Below are positions 9,219-19,675 of a stretch of 64,000 nt of DNA, in pieces (within the stretch, counting starts at the first letter, position 1; each line of letters opens with the position of its first letter). Source of the DNA: Escherichia phage vB-Eco-KMB38; sequence record OR525701.1, one strand, 5' to 3'. Made by a program: the position numbers and the translations under genes. The notes below the pieces were generated by a model, which saw only the letters and a program-made list of their open reading frames with translations, was not told where the DNA came from and ran no database searches.

Positions 9219-10733
9219 ATGACAGATATTAAAGTACATTTTCACGATTTTAGCCATGTAAGAATTGAATGCGACGAAAGCGTGTTCTATGAATTACGCG
9301 ACTTTTTTAGCTTTGAAGCCGATGGGTACAAATTCAACCCGCGTTACAAATATGGGAACTGGGATGGTAGAATTCGACTTTTAGATTACAATCGTTTGTT
9401 ACCATATGGGCTTGTAGGACAAATAAAAAAGTTCTGTAACAATATGAGTTATTCTGTATGGATTGACCCTAAAATCTTTGAGACCGAAGACCTTACCAGA
9501 GAAGATTTTGGCGCGTGGCTTTCTAAACAAGAAATTTATTCAGGCAACGCCAAAATCGAACCACATTGGTATCAAAAAGATGCAGTATACGAAGGACTAG
9601 TTAATCGTCGTCGAATTTTAAACCTTCCAACATCGGCAGGTAAATCACTAATCCAAGCACTTTTAGCTCGATATTATCTAGAGAACTATGAAGGTAAAAT
9701 TCTCATTATCGTCCCTACAACAGCATTGACAACCCAGATGGCTAATGATTTTGTTGATTATCGCTTGTTTAGTCATTCGATGATTAAGAAAATTGGCGGT
9801 GGTGCTGATAAAGCGGACAAATCTAAAAACGACGCTCCAATTATTGTTGGCACATGGCAAACGGTAGTTAAGCAGCCTAAAGAATGGTTCTCTCAGTTCG
9901 GTATGATGATGAACGATGAATGCCACTTAGCTACAGGCAAAAGTATTTCTTCAATCATCTCAGGATTAAATAATTGCATGTTTAAATTCGGTTTATCTGG
10001 CTCATTAAGAGACGGAAAAGCCAATGTAATGCAGTACGTAGGTATGTTCGGCGAAATCTTCCGTCCTGTTAGCACATCTAAATTAATGGAAGACGGACAG
10101 GTAACTGAGCTTAAGATTAATAGTATTTTCCTTCGTTATCCGGACGAATTCGCCATTAAATTAAAAGGTAAAACATACCAAGAAGAAGTTAAAATTATTA
10201 CCGGACTAAAACGACGTACAAAGTGGATTGCTCAACTTTCAGTCAAATTAGCTAAGAAAGACGAGAACGCATTTGTAATGTTTAAACATGTTACACATGG
10301 TAAAGAAATATTTGAAGCTATTAAAGAGCTTGGATACGAAAAAGTTTATTACGTATCAGGTGAAGTTGATACCGAAACACGTAACGCGCTTAAAGTCATG
10401 GCAGAAAATGGTAAAGGCATTATTATTGTCGCATCATATGGAGTATTCTCTACTGGTATTTCAGTCAAGAATCTTCATCATGTTATTTTTGCCCATGGTG
10501 TTAAATCAAAAATTATCGTACTTCAAACCGTAGGTCGCGTGCTTCGTAAGCATGGTTCTAAAGCTGTTGCTACAGTTTGGGATCTCATCGATGACGCAGG
10601 TGTAAAACCTAAATCATTAAATACTAAAAAGAAGTATACTCATCTTAATTACTTGTTAAAACACGGTATTGATCGTATCCAACGTTACGCTGATGAGAAA
10701 TTTAACTATGTAATGAAAACAATTAATTTATAA
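9219..10733 (+). CDS. uvsW: UvsW DNA helicase (recombination/repair)
   Basis: 504 aa; Walker A (PTSAGKS), DEAH-like (NDECH) and helicase C motifs; matches T4 UvsW. Confidence 0.95.
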   Translation: MTDIKVHFHDFSHVRIECDESVFYELRDFFSFEADGYKFNPRYKYGNWDGRIRLLDYNRLLPYGLVGQIKKFCNNMSYSVWIDPKIFETEDLTREDFGAWLSKQEIYSGNAKIEPHWYQKDAVYEGLVNRRRILNLPTSAGKSLIQALLARYYLENYEGKILIIVPTTALTTQMANDFVDYRLFSHSMIKKIGGGADKADKSKNDAPIIVGTWQTVVKQPKEWFSQFGMMMNDECHLATGKSISSIISGLNNCMFKFGLSGSLRDGKANVMQYVGMFGEIFRPVSTSKLMEDGQVTELKINSIFLRYPDEFAIKLKGKTYQEEVKIITGLKRRTKWIAQLSVKLAKKDENAFVMFKHVTHGKEIFEAIKELGYEKVYYVSGEVDTETRNALKVMAENGKGIIIVASYGVFSTGISVKNLHHVIFAHGVKSKIIVLQTVGRVLRKHGSKAVATVWDLIDDAGVKPKSLNTKKKYTHLNYLLKHGIDRIQRYADEKFNYVMKTINL

Positions 10734-10747
10734 GGGCTTCGGCCCTT
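10732..10747 (+). other. intercistronic hairpin between uvsW and uvsW.1
   Basis: AAGGGC-TTCG-GCCCTT directly after the uvsW stop, followed by GGAG RBS of uvsW.1. Confidence 0.5.
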
Positions 10748-10758
10748 AGGAGATAAAA

Positions 10759-10992
10759 ATGGTACTTGAATTTAAACAATTTTTATACGAAGCATCTATT
10801 GACGAATTCATGGGTAAAATTGCTAGTTGTCATACCTTAGAAGGGCTTGAAGAATTGGAAGCTTATTATAAGAAACGTATAAAAGAAACGGAATTAAAAG
10901 ATACAGATGATATTTCTGTCAGGGATGCCTTAGCAGGTAAGCGTGCCGAACTTGAAGGCGACGATGATGAGGATGAGGAAGAAGACTTTTAA
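10759..10992 (+). CDS. uvsW.1: UvsW.1 small acidic protein
   Basis: 77 aa, acidic C-terminus (DDDEDEEEDF), immediately downstream of uvsW as in T4. Confidence 0.8.
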   Translation: MVLEFKQFLYEASIDEFMGKIASCHTLEGLEELEAYYKKRIKETELKDTDDISVRDALAGKRAELEGDDDEDEEEDF

Positions 10993-11048
10993 TTAAAAAA
11001 GGCCCGACCTTTTTGGAAGGGCCAAAAACCATAGGCAAAAAGGTAACA

Positions 11049-11216
11049 CTATAGTAAAAGTTGGGTTTCGTTCAATTGCTCTTCTGAACTTTCTGAAACC
11101 GGCAATTGTTGGACATAATTATAACAAGGGCCAGGATGTGCCGGACCTTTGTCTGTTTCAACAACCAATGCAGAATCGATTGGAGTTTTACAGACAACAC
11201 AAATCTTATCTGACAT
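11049..11216 (-). CDS. small Cys-rich protein, 55 aa (uvsY.-2-like), not in the ORF track (<60 aa)
   Basis: Translates MSDKICVVCKTPIDSALVVETDKGPAHPGPCYNY...; CxxC...C pattern suggests a zinc ribbon; synteny. Confidence 0.55.
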   Translation of the reverse strand: MSDKICVVCKTPIDSALVVETDKGPAHPGPCYNYVQQLPVSESSEEQLNETQLLL

Positions 11217-11248
11217 GATTGCCTCCTAAGTTGAAATTACATATCTAT

Positions 11249-11473
11249 TTATACCACTCGCATGCACATATCGATACCCATATCTTTTGTATAAAAATAC
11301 TCGTCGATGTACCCGGCAAACTTCCCTTTAATATAAAGGACGTCTTCGCCACAAGGATGGTCTGCCAGGATACGAATATCCTGACGACGTAGACGATACT
11401 TTTCCATTAAGAATTTAATTTCAGTTTCAAATTCTTCATCATTATTAAAGGCATCTTCAATTGAATAGCGCAT
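11249..11473 (-). CDS. hypothetical protein 74 aa (uvsY.-1-like)
   Basis: ATG start overlapping the uvsY stop; synteny. Confidence 0.6.
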   Translation of the reverse strand: MRYSIEDAFNNDEEFETEIKFLMEKYRLRRQDIRILADHPCGEDVLYIKGKFAGYIDEYFYTKDMGIDMCMRVV

Positions 11474-11886
11474 TATTGCCCCGCTTCAAATTCTCGCATA
11501 TCCTGGATATGTTTAAGTGCAAAACTACGAGACTTAACTGCGTCAAGTGCACCACTACAGAACTCAAGTAAAATTCCCCAGTATTGTAAAGTAGTCTCTA
11601 TTTTAAGCACATCTTTATCTGCGGCCAAGACAGTTTTCATTTCAGATTTCTCGTATCGGTCCATACTGAATTCATCACCATCACCTCGTCCCGAGTAGTA
11701 GTCTAATCTTGCTTTTAGAGCAGTTTTCTTCTGAGTCTCTATACGCAACATTTCTTTACGAATAAATGAGTGCTTACGTAGCCATTTGCTGTATAACTTA
11801 ACATTATTCGCCGTCTCATATTGCAACTTTGTCGTATCAATAGCTAAGTCTGCGTCTAACTCTTCCTGTAAATCTTCCAGCTTCAT
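11473..11886 (-). CDS. uvsY: UvsY recombination mediator
   Basis: 137 aa from the internal ATG 11886 (MKLEDLQEEL...), matching T4 UvsY length and sequence; ORF track frame opens further upstream at 11967. Confidence 0.9.
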   Translation of the reverse strand: MKLEDLQEELDADLAIDTTKLQYETANNVKLYSKWLRKHSFIRKEMLRIETQKKTALKARLDYYSGRGDGDEFSMDRYEKSEMKTVLAADKDVLKIETTLQYWGILLEFCSGALDAVKSRSFALKHIQDMREFEAGQ

Positions 11887-11941
11887 AATATTCTCTCTTT
11901 TAACTAATAATCTCCCGGCTGTATCGGAAGGACCTAAAACC

Positions 11942-11966
11942 ATTATACATAGGTTGCCTTGAAGCA
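11942..11966 (-). promoter_or_regulatory. MotA-dependent middle promoter of uvsY (position of T4 oriF)
   Basis: rc reads TGCTTCA (MotA box), 12 nt, TATAAT; lies between gene 25 stop and uvsY start. Confidence 0.65.
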
Positions 11967-12365
11967 TTACACTCTATTGCTTGATGCTAACTGAAGTTTG
12001 ATCTGTTCGATATCATCAGGGTTATCTACGACCGAAAATCTAATCTCTACTATAACCGTATAGTCGTCATATACTGGCGTTACACTTACAGAAAGTTTGT
12101 CGATGCGTGGCTCATAGTTACGGACGGCTGCCTGGATATTACGCTCAATCGTATCAGCTGTAAGCGGTGTCATGTTCTCGAAAAGTTCGTCGACCAAATC
12201 GCATCCAAATTCAGGGTCGAAGGGGCGTGAGCCTTTTCTAGTTGTCACTATGCCAAGAAGACTATTTTTAATAGAACGAAGTCCTACAGAACGAGCAACG
12301 TCCTTGTTCCAATCCATACGCATTTCTGGGTCGATATCTGAATAAAGTTTATTGATATTAGACAT
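11967..12365 (-). CDS. 25: baseplate wedge protein gp25
   Basis: 132 aa, same length as T4 gp25; synteny. Confidence 0.9.
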   Translation of the reverse strand: MSNINKLYSDIDPEMRMDWNKDVARSVGLRSIKNSLLGIVTTRKGSRPFDPEFGCDLVDELFENMTPLTADTIERNIQAAVRNYEPRIDKLSVSVTPVYDDYTVIVEIRFSVVDNPDDIEQIKLQLASSNRV

Positions 12366-12991
12366 TATAATAACTCAAAGAATTCTTTGAGGCCTCGTAT
12401 TGTGTGAACGTGTGACGCCCCACATTTGGGACATTTAATAGGGGTTGCCAGATAAATTGATGGCGATACCAAAAGATTTTTAATATTGATCATGTCATCT
12501 TCTGTTATAAGGCCGTAAAGGTCGTTTATTTCTGCTTCAGTTAAATCTTCAACAGGGATGGACTCTCCATTAACAAAAACAGCCTCAATACATGAAGCAA
12601 TCATTAATGCGATATTTTTATCATCAAATAATTTAGGTTGACGGAACTTAATTTTAATACCGCTGAACGAATACCAGGGATCGGCCTGTTCATCTAATTG
12701 AGTGTGCAATAAATTCATATAGACTTGAAATGAATGCCCACAGGAACAATTCCAGGTGTGTTCTTGATTCACTTCACCTAACGAATGTGCCCACAGATTT
12801 ACCAACAATAGCTCGGCTTCTTGTTTAGTCAAGTTTTTAGCATTAGAGCAATTAGTGATAATATTGTTCACTGCTGATTCAATAGTACCGGTAGCCCGCG
12901 CACCTATGAGTCCTAAATATTCTTTTAAAGTAAAGGCTCTACAATTCACTTCTTTATCGCCTAAACGTACGGTAAACGTATATTTGTACAT
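12365..12991 (-). CDS. 26: baseplate hub protein gp26
   Basis: 208 aa as T4 gp26; synteny. Confidence 0.85.
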   Translation of the reverse strand: MYKYTFTVRLGDKEVNCRAFTLKEYLGLIGARATGTIESAVNNIITNCSNAKNLTKQEAELLLVNLWAHSLGEVNQEHTWNCSCGHSFQVYMNLLHTQLDEQADPWYSFSGIKIKFRQPKLFDDKNIALMIASCIEAVFVNGESIPVEDLTEAEINDLYGLITEDDMINIKNLLVSPSIYLATPIKCPKCGASHVHTIRGLKEFFELL

Positions 12992-13009
12992 GTTAACTCC
13001 TTTATTGTG

Positions 13010-13017
13010 TATTTATA
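13010..13017 (-). promoter_or_regulatory. late promoter for genes 26/25 (TATAAATA on - strand)
   Basis: TATTTATAAATA palindrome-like element gives overlapping divergent TATAAATA boxes. Confidence 0.6.
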
Positions 13018-13021
13018 AATA
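13014..13021 (+). promoter_or_regulatory. late promoter for gene 51 operon
   Basis: TATAAATA 18 nt upstream of the gene 51 ATG, followed by AGGAG RBS. Confidence 0.65.
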
Positions 13022-13038
13022 ATAGAAAAGGAGTAATT

Positions 13039-13791
13039 ATGGCTAATATAATTCGTTGTAAATTACCGGATGGTGTTCATCGTTTTAAGCCGTTCACTGT
13101 GGCGGATTATAGAGACTTTTTACTAGTTAGAAATGATATCGAACATCGTTCGCCGCAAGAACAAAAAGAAATAATTGCCGATTTGATTGATGATTATTTT
13201 GGCGAGTACCCTAAAACATGGCAACCATTTATATTCCTGCAAGTTTTTGCAGGCTCTATAGGCAAAACAAAAGTTCCCGTTATTTTCACTTGCCCTAAAT
13301 GCTCTAAAGAAAAAACTGCACCATTTGAGATATATCAAAAAGAACTAGTCGAACCTGAACTTGATGTTGCTGGTATAAAAATACGTTTTTCTTTCCCTGA
13401 AAAGTTTTATGACAATAAAGCATTAATGATAAGTGAAAACATAAAAGAAATATATTATAATGATGAATGGTACCCATGGAATGATTTGACTGAAGAGAAC
13501 CAAATCCAAGTAATAGAAGCAATAGACATTGACTCGCTCGAGAAGGTTATTGCTTCTATGAATCCTATTAATTTGACCCTTAGATTAGGTTGTTGTGAAC
13601 GTCATGTTAAAACATATACTGATATCTTAGAGGTTTTTAAATTGTTAGTTAACCCTGATGAGATTTTTACATTCTATCAGATAAACCATTCACTAGTAAA
13701 GAGTCAATACACATTGGATTCTATTATGCAAATGATTCCTGTTGAACGTGGTATTGCTTTAACATTAGTAGAAAAGGACCATAAAAAATGA
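13039..13791 (+). CDS. 51: baseplate hub assembly protein gp51
   Basis: 250 aa (T4 gp51 249 aa); synteny. Confidence 0.85.
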   Translation: MANIIRCKLPDGVHRFKPFTVADYRDFLLVRNDIEHRSPQEQKEIIADLIDDYFGEYPKTWQPFIFLQVFAGSIGKTKVPVIFTCPKCSKEKTAPFEIYQKELVEPELDVAGIKIRFSFPEKFYDNKALMISENIKEIYYNDEWYPWNDLTEENQIQVIEAIDIDSLEKVIASMNPINLTLRLGCCERHVKTYTDILEVFKLLVNPDEIFTFYQINHSLVKSQYTLDSIMQMIPVERGIALTLVEKDHKK

Positions 13792-14960
13792 CAGTATTCC
13801 AACGTCCAGGATATCCTAACTTAAGCGTTAAATTATACCAAGATTATTCGGCTTGGCAAGAAAATAGATACGTTGAACTCGCAGCAACAATAACAACTTT
13901 AACCATGCGAGATTCGCTATATGGAAGAAATGAAGGGATTCTTCAATTTTATGACACTAAAAACATCCACACTAAAATGGATGGTAGACAGATAGTCCAA
14001 ATCTCTGTTTCAAATTCAAACACACCTCTCCAAGTTAGAACTCGAATTTACGGATGTAGACATTATTCTGTGTCTGTGGACTCAAAAGGTGACAATATTA
14101 TTGCAATTGAGCTTGGAACAATACATTCTATAGAGAACCTTAAATTTGGGCGACCATTCTTCCCAGACGCAGGAGAATCTATACGCGAAATGTTAGGTGT
14201 CATATATAAAGACCGTACATTAATTACTCCGCCAATAAACACTATTAATGCTTATGTTCCTGATATTCCTTGGACAAGCACATTTGATGATTATTTGGCA
14301 TATGTCAGAGAATTAGGACTTGCTACAGCGAGTGATAAGTTCGTATTCGTATGGCAAGATATTTTAGGCGTAAACATGATTGACTACGATACTCTTATTG
14401 GTCAGGAAGGCATTAAGATGATTGTAGGCGAGCCAAATACCGTAGGTCAGTATATTCAAGAGCTTGAGTATCCATTGGTATGGGATTTCACCTGGATGAC
14501 TAAAGCTAACCAATTTACAAGAGACCCTATTAAAAACGCCACGATATTCGCCCATTCATTTTTAGATACATCTATTCCGGTTATTGTTACAGGCGATGGT
14601 GATAATGCTATTGTTGTGTCAAGATCTGGTGGATATTCCGAAATGACTTATCGTAATGGATTTGAAGAAGCAAGTCGTCTTCAGACAATGGCTCAATATG
14701 ACGGATATGCTAAATGCACTACTACAGGTAATTTTAACATAACGCCTGCTACTAAAATTATATTTGTTGACCAAAAGAACCAATTCAAATCTGAATTTTA
14801 CGTAGATGAAGTTATTCATGAGTTATCAAATAACAACTCACAAACTCATCTATACATGTTTACCAACTCAATGGTGTTAGAACCTGTTAACCCAGTTAAG
14901 GTTAAAAATGAACTTAAATCTGATTCTACCTCTAAAGAAAATAATTCTACCACAGTCTAA
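13788..14960 (+). CDS. 27: baseplate hub protein gp27
   Basis: 390 aa (T4 391 aa); synteny. Confidence 0.9.
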   Translation: MTVFQRPGYPNLSVKLYQDYSAWQENRYVELAATITTLTMRDSLYGRNEGILQFYDTKNIHTKMDGRQIVQISVSNSNTPLQVRTRIYGCRHYSVSVDSKGDNIIAIELGTIHSIENLKFGRPFFPDAGESIREMLGVIYKDRTLITPPINTINAYVPDIPWTSTFDDYLAYVRELGLATASDKFVFVWQDILGVNMIDYDTLIGQEGIKMIVGEPNTVGQYIQELEYPLVWDFTWMTKANQFTRDPIKNATIFAHSFLDTSIPVIVTGDGDNAIVVSRSGGYSEMTYRNGFEEASRLQTMAQYDGYAKCTTTGNFNITPATKIIFVDQKNQFKSEFYVDEVIHELSNNNSQTHLYMFTNSMVLEPVNPVKVKNELKSDSTSKENNSTTV

Positions 14961-15441
14961 TAAAAAGATAATGATTCCCAAATTAGGGCTCAAACATTAT
15001 AATCTTTTAAAGGACGTTAAAGGTCCTGACGAAAACATGAAAATCTTAGCCGATTCTATTTGTAAAAATATGAGTCCCGCAGATTTTGATTTTGCATGTC
15101 TACACATATTGGAATTTAATAACAAACTTAAGTCTGAAGTTGAAAAAGATGGATTCACTTATAAACTAGATGACGTCTATGTATGCCAACGAACAGAATT
15201 CCAATTTCAAGGTAATACTTTTTATTTTAGACCCCCAGGCAAATTTGAACAATTCGCTACAATCAGTGAAATGTTATCAAATTGCTTAATAAAAGTTAAT
15301 GACGAAGAGAAAGAAATTTCTTTCCTTGAGATGCCTGCTTTTGTAATCAAATGGGCAGAAGACCTTTCGACAACCATTGCTATTCCGGGCCCCAATGGCC
15401 CTATTAAGGGTATAGCAGAAATTATTGGATTGCTTGAATGA
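14908..15441 (+). CDS. 28: baseplate hub distal subunit gp28
   Basis: 177 aa as in T4; overlaps gene 27 end. Confidence 0.8.
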   Translation: MNLNLILPLKKIILPQSNKKIMIPKLGLKHYNLLKDVKGPDENMKILADSICKNMSPADFDFACLHILEFNNKLKSEVEKDGFTYKLDDVYVCQRTEFQFQGNTFYFRPPGKFEQFATISEMLSNCLIKVNDEEKEISFLEMPAFVIKWAEDLSTTIAIPGPNGPIKGIAEIIGLLE

Positions 15442-17210
15442 AACCTGAAGAAATGAAATCCATGCGTAGAAATAAGGTCATTGCCGATAATAAACCACAA
15501 AAAGTAGCTGCAACAGCAGCTACCGATTCATTAGAAGCATTGAATAACATTTCATCAAAACTAGACGATGTCCAAGCCGCGTCTGAACTCACATCACAAA
15601 GTGTAGAAGATAAAGGCAATAGAATTATTGAATCAATTGGAGACTTAAAGAATTCGACAGATAATACTGCTGAAGGCACAGAGCTTATCGCAGAAGTTAT
15701 TGAAAAACAAACTGAAGTCACTAAAAGTATAAACGAAGTTTCTAGTGCAATAAGCTCTAAGTTAGACCGATTAGCTACATTGTTAGAGCAAAAATTACAA
15801 ACATCTACCGCTATTCAAAATACAGGAGGCACCTCTCTTGAAGTAATTGAGAACGCTATACCTGTTAAAGTGGTTGAGAATGAAACTTCTGATGAGTTGT
15901 TTAAAGCATTACCTACACCTGAAAAGATTGATAATAAGCCGGACGAAGATTTCTTCCCAGCCCCTGTTCAAGAAAGTGCTAATTCTACTTCTGATTCTAA
16001 AGGCGGAATTAGCTTTAAATTGAGCGATAAAATTGCAATGCTCACCAAAACAGTTCAAACCGGGTTTAATAAATCAATATCAATTTCAGACAGAATTGCT
16101 GGAATGCTTTTCAAATACACTATAACAGCTGCTATTGAAGCCGCAAAAATGGCCGCACTTATTCTTGGTATTGTTATCGGTATTGATTTATTGATAGTCC
16201 ATTTCAAATATTGGACAGACAAGTTCACTTCTGCCTGGGATTTATTTGATGAAAACTTTACTAAATTCTCCGATGAAGCTCAAGAGTGGGGTAAATTCTT
16301 AAGTGATATATTCACTTCTATTGACTCGATAAAACAATTGTGGGAAGCTGGAGACTGGGGTGGTTTAACCGTTGCTATTGTCAAAGGTGTAGGAACAGCA
16401 TTAATGAACTTAGGTGAACTAATTCAATTAGGAATGGCTAAACTCTCCGCGTCTATATTGCGTGCTATAGGTTTTGGTGATACCGCGGACGAAATAGAAG
16501 GACGTGCTTTAGAAGGATTCCAAGAAACTACTGGGAACAAATTAAAGAAAGAAGACCAAGAGAAAGTCGCTAAATATCAAATGAAGCGTGACGACGGGGA
16601 ATTAGGAACCGTTTCTAAAGGTCTTGATATGTTACAACGCGGCAAAACATTCGTTACTAACTGGGTTCGTGGTAATGACAATAAAGAAGAGTTTAGTACA
16701 AGTGATGAGCGTGCTGCGGAATCAGCAAAATTAAAAGAGTTACCTGAAGAGGAACGTAAAGAGGCATATATAAAAGCTAATGAAACTCGTGCGGCACTGG
16801 TTAGATTTGAGGATTATATCGATAAAATCGATATGTCTAATCCGGAAAATGCTAAAAACGTCGAGAAGTCTTATGCTGATTTAAGTAAACTTATTAAAGA
16901 CCCTGAACTTAATAAAACTCCTGTTGTTAAAAAGGAAATAGATGCTAGATTTGAAAAGCTAAATAATAAAATGGCTGAAGCCAAAAAGGCTCAGACAACA
17001 GTTAAGCCTGAATCTTCGTCTAAATCTCCGGAAGCAAAACAAGTTCAGTCAATAGAGAAAGGACGTGCTTCTGAATCTAAACAACAGCAACCGGTAGCGG
17101 CGATTAGTAACACAAATAATGTCGTCAAAAAGAATACCGTAGTCCAGAATATGACCCCTGTAACAAGTACAACGGCTCCTGGAATTTTCCATGCCACCGG
17201 TGTTAATTAA
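15438..17210 (+). CDS. 29: baseplate hub / tail length determinator gp29
   Basis: 590 aa as T4 gp29; synteny. Confidence 0.85.
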   Translation: MKPEEMKSMRRNKVIADNKPQKVAATAATDSLEALNNISSKLDDVQAASELTSQSVEDKGNRIIESIGDLKNSTDNTAEGTELIAEVIEKQTEVTKSINEVSSAISSKLDRLATLLEQKLQTSTAIQNTGGTSLEVIENAIPVKVVENETSDELFKALPTPEKIDNKPDEDFFPAPVQESANSTSDSKGGISFKLSDKIAMLTKTVQTGFNKSISISDRIAGMLFKYTITAAIEAAKMAALILGIVIGIDLLIVHFKYWTDKFTSAWDLFDENFTKFSDEAQEWGKFLSDIFTSIDSIKQLWEAGDWGGLTVAIVKGVGTALMNLGELIQLGMAKLSASILRAIGFGDTADEIEGRALEGFQETTGNKLKKEDQEKVAKYQMKRDDGELGTVSKGLDMLQRGKTFVTNWVRGNDNKEEFSTSDERAAESAKLKELPEEERKEAYIKANETRAALVRFEDYIDKIDMSNPENAKNVEKSYADLSKLIKDPELNKTPVVKKEIDARFEKLNNKMAEAKKAQTTVKPESSSKSPEAKQVQSIEKGRASESKQQQPVAAISNTNNVVKKNTVVQNMTPVTSTTAPGIFHATGVN

Positions 17211-17218
17211 GGATTATT

Positions 17219-18328
17219 ATGATTAGTGTAAAAGAAATAGTAGTAGATGCAAAGGATTTAAATAAAGCAATCCCAGTCTCAGAAAGTGCTGGGCAAAGCA
17301 CTAAAACCGAAACAACTACTAAAACTTATGTTGCTCAATTTCCTACAGGAAGAGCAGCCGGAAATGACTCCACAGGAGACTTCCAGGTAACAGACCTTTA
17401 TAAGAATGGATTATTATTTACCGCGTACAATATGTCTGCACGCGATTCAGGATCCCTCAGGAATTTACGTCCTGCATACGCCGGGACTTCATCCAATGGT
17501 ATCATATCAGATTTAACTGATAATGTGAAAGATGCAGTGACTAAATTCTCAAATGGATTGCTTCCTGCTGGAGCTAATAAATCTACCATAAATAAAACTC
17601 CTGTTGCCAATATCCTGTTGCCACGTTCCAAATCTGACGTTGATACAACTTCACATCGTTTTAATGATATCGGTGATAGTCTTATTACTAAAGGTGGAGG
17701 TACTGCTACGGGTGTTTTAAGTAACATTGCTTCTACTGCAGTCTTTGGTGCATTAGATTCTATTACCCAGGGGCTTATGGCTGATAATAACGAACAGATT
17801 TATACGACTTCTCGTAGTATGTATGGTGGTGCCGAGAACCGTACTAAAGTCTTTACATGGGATTTAACTCCACGTTCAACTGAAGACCTTATGGCTATTA
17901 TAAACATTTACCAGTATTTTAACTATTTCTCATATGGTGAGACCGGTAAATCACAGTACGCCCAAGAGATTAAAAGTTATTTAGACGAATGGTACCGTTC
18001 AACGTTTATTGAGCCTATGACCCCAGACGATGCTGTAAAAAATAAGACATTGTTTGAAAAGATTACTGCGTCATTAACAAACGTATTAGTTGTAAGCAAC
18101 CCTACGATTTGGATGGTTAAAAACTTTGGACACACATCTAAATTTGACGGGTTAACTGATGTATTTGGCCCATGTCAAATTCAAAGCGTACGTTTTGATA
18201 AAACTCCAAATGGACAATTTAATGGTCTTGCTGTTGCTCCTAACTTACCGTCAACATTTACGTTAGAGGTAACAATGCGAGAAATTATTACATTAAACCG
18301 TTCTTCACTTTATGCGGGGACTTTCTAA
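17219..18328 (+). CDS. 48: baseplate tail tube cap gp48
   Basis: 369 aa; synteny. Confidence 0.85.
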   Translation: MISVKEIVVDAKDLNKAIPVSESAGQSTKTETTTKTYVAQFPTGRAAGNDSTGDFQVTDLYKNGLLFTAYNMSARDSGSLRNLRPAYAGTSSNGIISDLTDNVKDAVTKFSNGLLPAGANKSTINKTPVANILLPRSKSDVDTTSHRFNDIGDSLITKGGGTATGVLSNIASTAVFGALDSITQGLMADNNEQIYTTSRSMYGGAENRTKVFTWDLTPRSTEDLMAIINIYQYFNYFSYGETGKSQYAQEIKSYLDEWYRSTFIEPMTPDDAVKNKTLFEKITASLTNVLVVSNPTIWMVKNFGHTSKFDGLTDVFGPCQIQSVRFDKTPNGQFNGLAVAPNLPSTFTLEVTMREIITLNRSSLYAGTF

Positions 18329-19290
18329 TGTACTCTTTAGAAGAATTTAATAACCAAGCTATAAATGCAGATTTCCAACGAAACAATATGTTTAGTTGTG
18401 TATTTGCTACTACACCGTCGACTAAATCATCTTCACTAATTTCGTCAATTGGTAGTTTTGCTTATAATAACTTAGGGTTGGATTCAGATTGGCTAGGATT
18501 GACTCAAGGTGATATCAATCAGGGCGTTACAACCCTGATTACAGCAGGAACACAGAAATTAATTCGAAAATCAGGTGTAAGTAAATATCTGATTGGAGCA
18601 ATGAGTCAACGTACGGTACAAAGCTTGTTAGGTGAGTTCACAGTAGGAGCTTATCTGATAGACTTCTTCAATATGGCATATAATAATACAGGTTTAATGA
18701 TTTATTCTGTAAAAATGCCTGAGAACCGATTATCTTATGAAACGGATTTCAACTATAACTCACCGAACATCCGAATTACCGGTCGAGAAATGGACCCGTT
18801 AGTAATAAGCTTTAGAATGGATTCCGAAGCATCCAACTTTAGAGCAATGCAGGACTGGGTAAACTCAGTCCAAGACCCTGTAACAGGTCTTCGCGCTTTA
18901 CCACAAGACGTCGAAGCAGATATTCAGGTTAATTTACATGCACGAAATGGTTTACCGCATACCGCTGTCATGTTCACCGGATGTATTCCTGTTAGTGTCT
19001 CTTCTCCTGAGTTAACGTATGATGGTGATAATCAGATAACAGTTTTTGACGTAACATTTGCTTATCGCGTTATGCAATCAGGTGCTGTAAATAGACAGGC
19101 TGCTTTAGAGTGGTTGGAATCAGGACTTATTAGTAGTGTTTCAGGAATGTTTGGAAATAATCAGAATGATTCTGGTCTAGGAAGTGCAGTATCAAGACTT
19201 TCTAGATTAGGTGGGACCGCCGGAGGTGTGTCTAATATAAACACATTGACAGGTGTGGTGAATTCTACATCAAGAGTTTTAGGACTATAA
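18328..19290 (+). CDS. 54: baseplate tail tube initiator gp54
   Basis: 320 aa as T4 gp54; synteny. Confidence 0.85.
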   Translation: MYSLEEFNNQAINADFQRNNMFSCVFATTPSTKSSSLISSIGSFAYNNLGLDSDWLGLTQGDINQGVTTLITAGTQKLIRKSGVSKYLIGAMSQRTVQSLLGEFTVGAYLIDFFNMAYNNTGLMIYSVKMPENRLSYETDFNYNSPNIRITGREMDPLVISFRMDSEASNFRAMQDWVNSVQDPVTGLRALPQDVEADIQVNLHARNGLPHTAVMFTGCIPVSVSSPELTYDGDNQITVFDVTFAYRVMQSGAVNRQAALEWLESGLISSVSGMFGNNQNDSGLGSAVSRLSRLGGTAGGVSNINTLTGVVNSTSRVLGL

Positions 19291-19296
19291 GAAAAA

Positions 19297-19316
19297 GGGA
19301 GACGTTGTCTCCCTTT
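19297..19316 (+). terminator. terminator after gene 54
   Basis: GGGAGAC-GTT-GTCTCCC hairpin followed by TTT. Confidence 0.65.
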
Positions 19317-19322
19317 AGGGGT

Positions 19323-19616
19323 TTATTTACGGAATGAAAGGAATGCTGGTGCTCGGAATGGAGTATCATCTTTAGAGTATTTAACTAATACGACCATTGG
19401 TACCTCTGTTTCTAAATGTCCTGTCAATACACCGATAAAAATTTGATCAGTGTGCTCAGGGTCACGAAAGTTTTTAAGAGGTTCCATAGCAATATGGAAT
19501 GCACCTGGGAATACTCGATTCAATTCGTCAATCACAGCTTCGTTAAAAACATCATCCGCTGGGATAACATCTTCAACTACTAGTTCTTGACCATTAAAGC
19601 GAAGCATAGATTTCAT
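19323..19616 (-). CDS. hypothetical protein 97 aa downstream of alt
   Basis: ATG 19616 preceded by GAGGAAAA RBS; the ORF-track start at 19655 is a GTG read as M. Confidence 0.6.
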   Translation of the reverse strand: MKSMLRFNGQELVVEDVIPADDVFNEAVIDELNRVFPGAFHIAMEPLKNFRDPEHTDQIFIGVLTGHLETEVPMVVLVKYSKDDTPFRAPAFLSFRK

Positions 19617-19645
19617 AACGTTTTCCTCATGTTGTTGATAGGATG

Positions 19646-19675
19646 ATAGTATCACACATCCATGTGTTTGTAAAC
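19646..19675 (-). promoter_or_regulatory. early promoter (GTTTAC ... TACTAT) overlapping the alt stop
   Basis: rc GTTTACAaac...N18...TACTAT then CATCCTATCAACAAC leader. Confidence 0.55.

Noticed and set aside
9219-10992. uvsW followed by a short uvsW.1 ORF, which could suggest a frameshifted single helicase gene
   Set aside because: The two ORFs are separated by a stop codon, a hairpin and a separate GGAG RBS; uvsW.1 has its own ATG. Treated as two genes, as in the T4 annotation.
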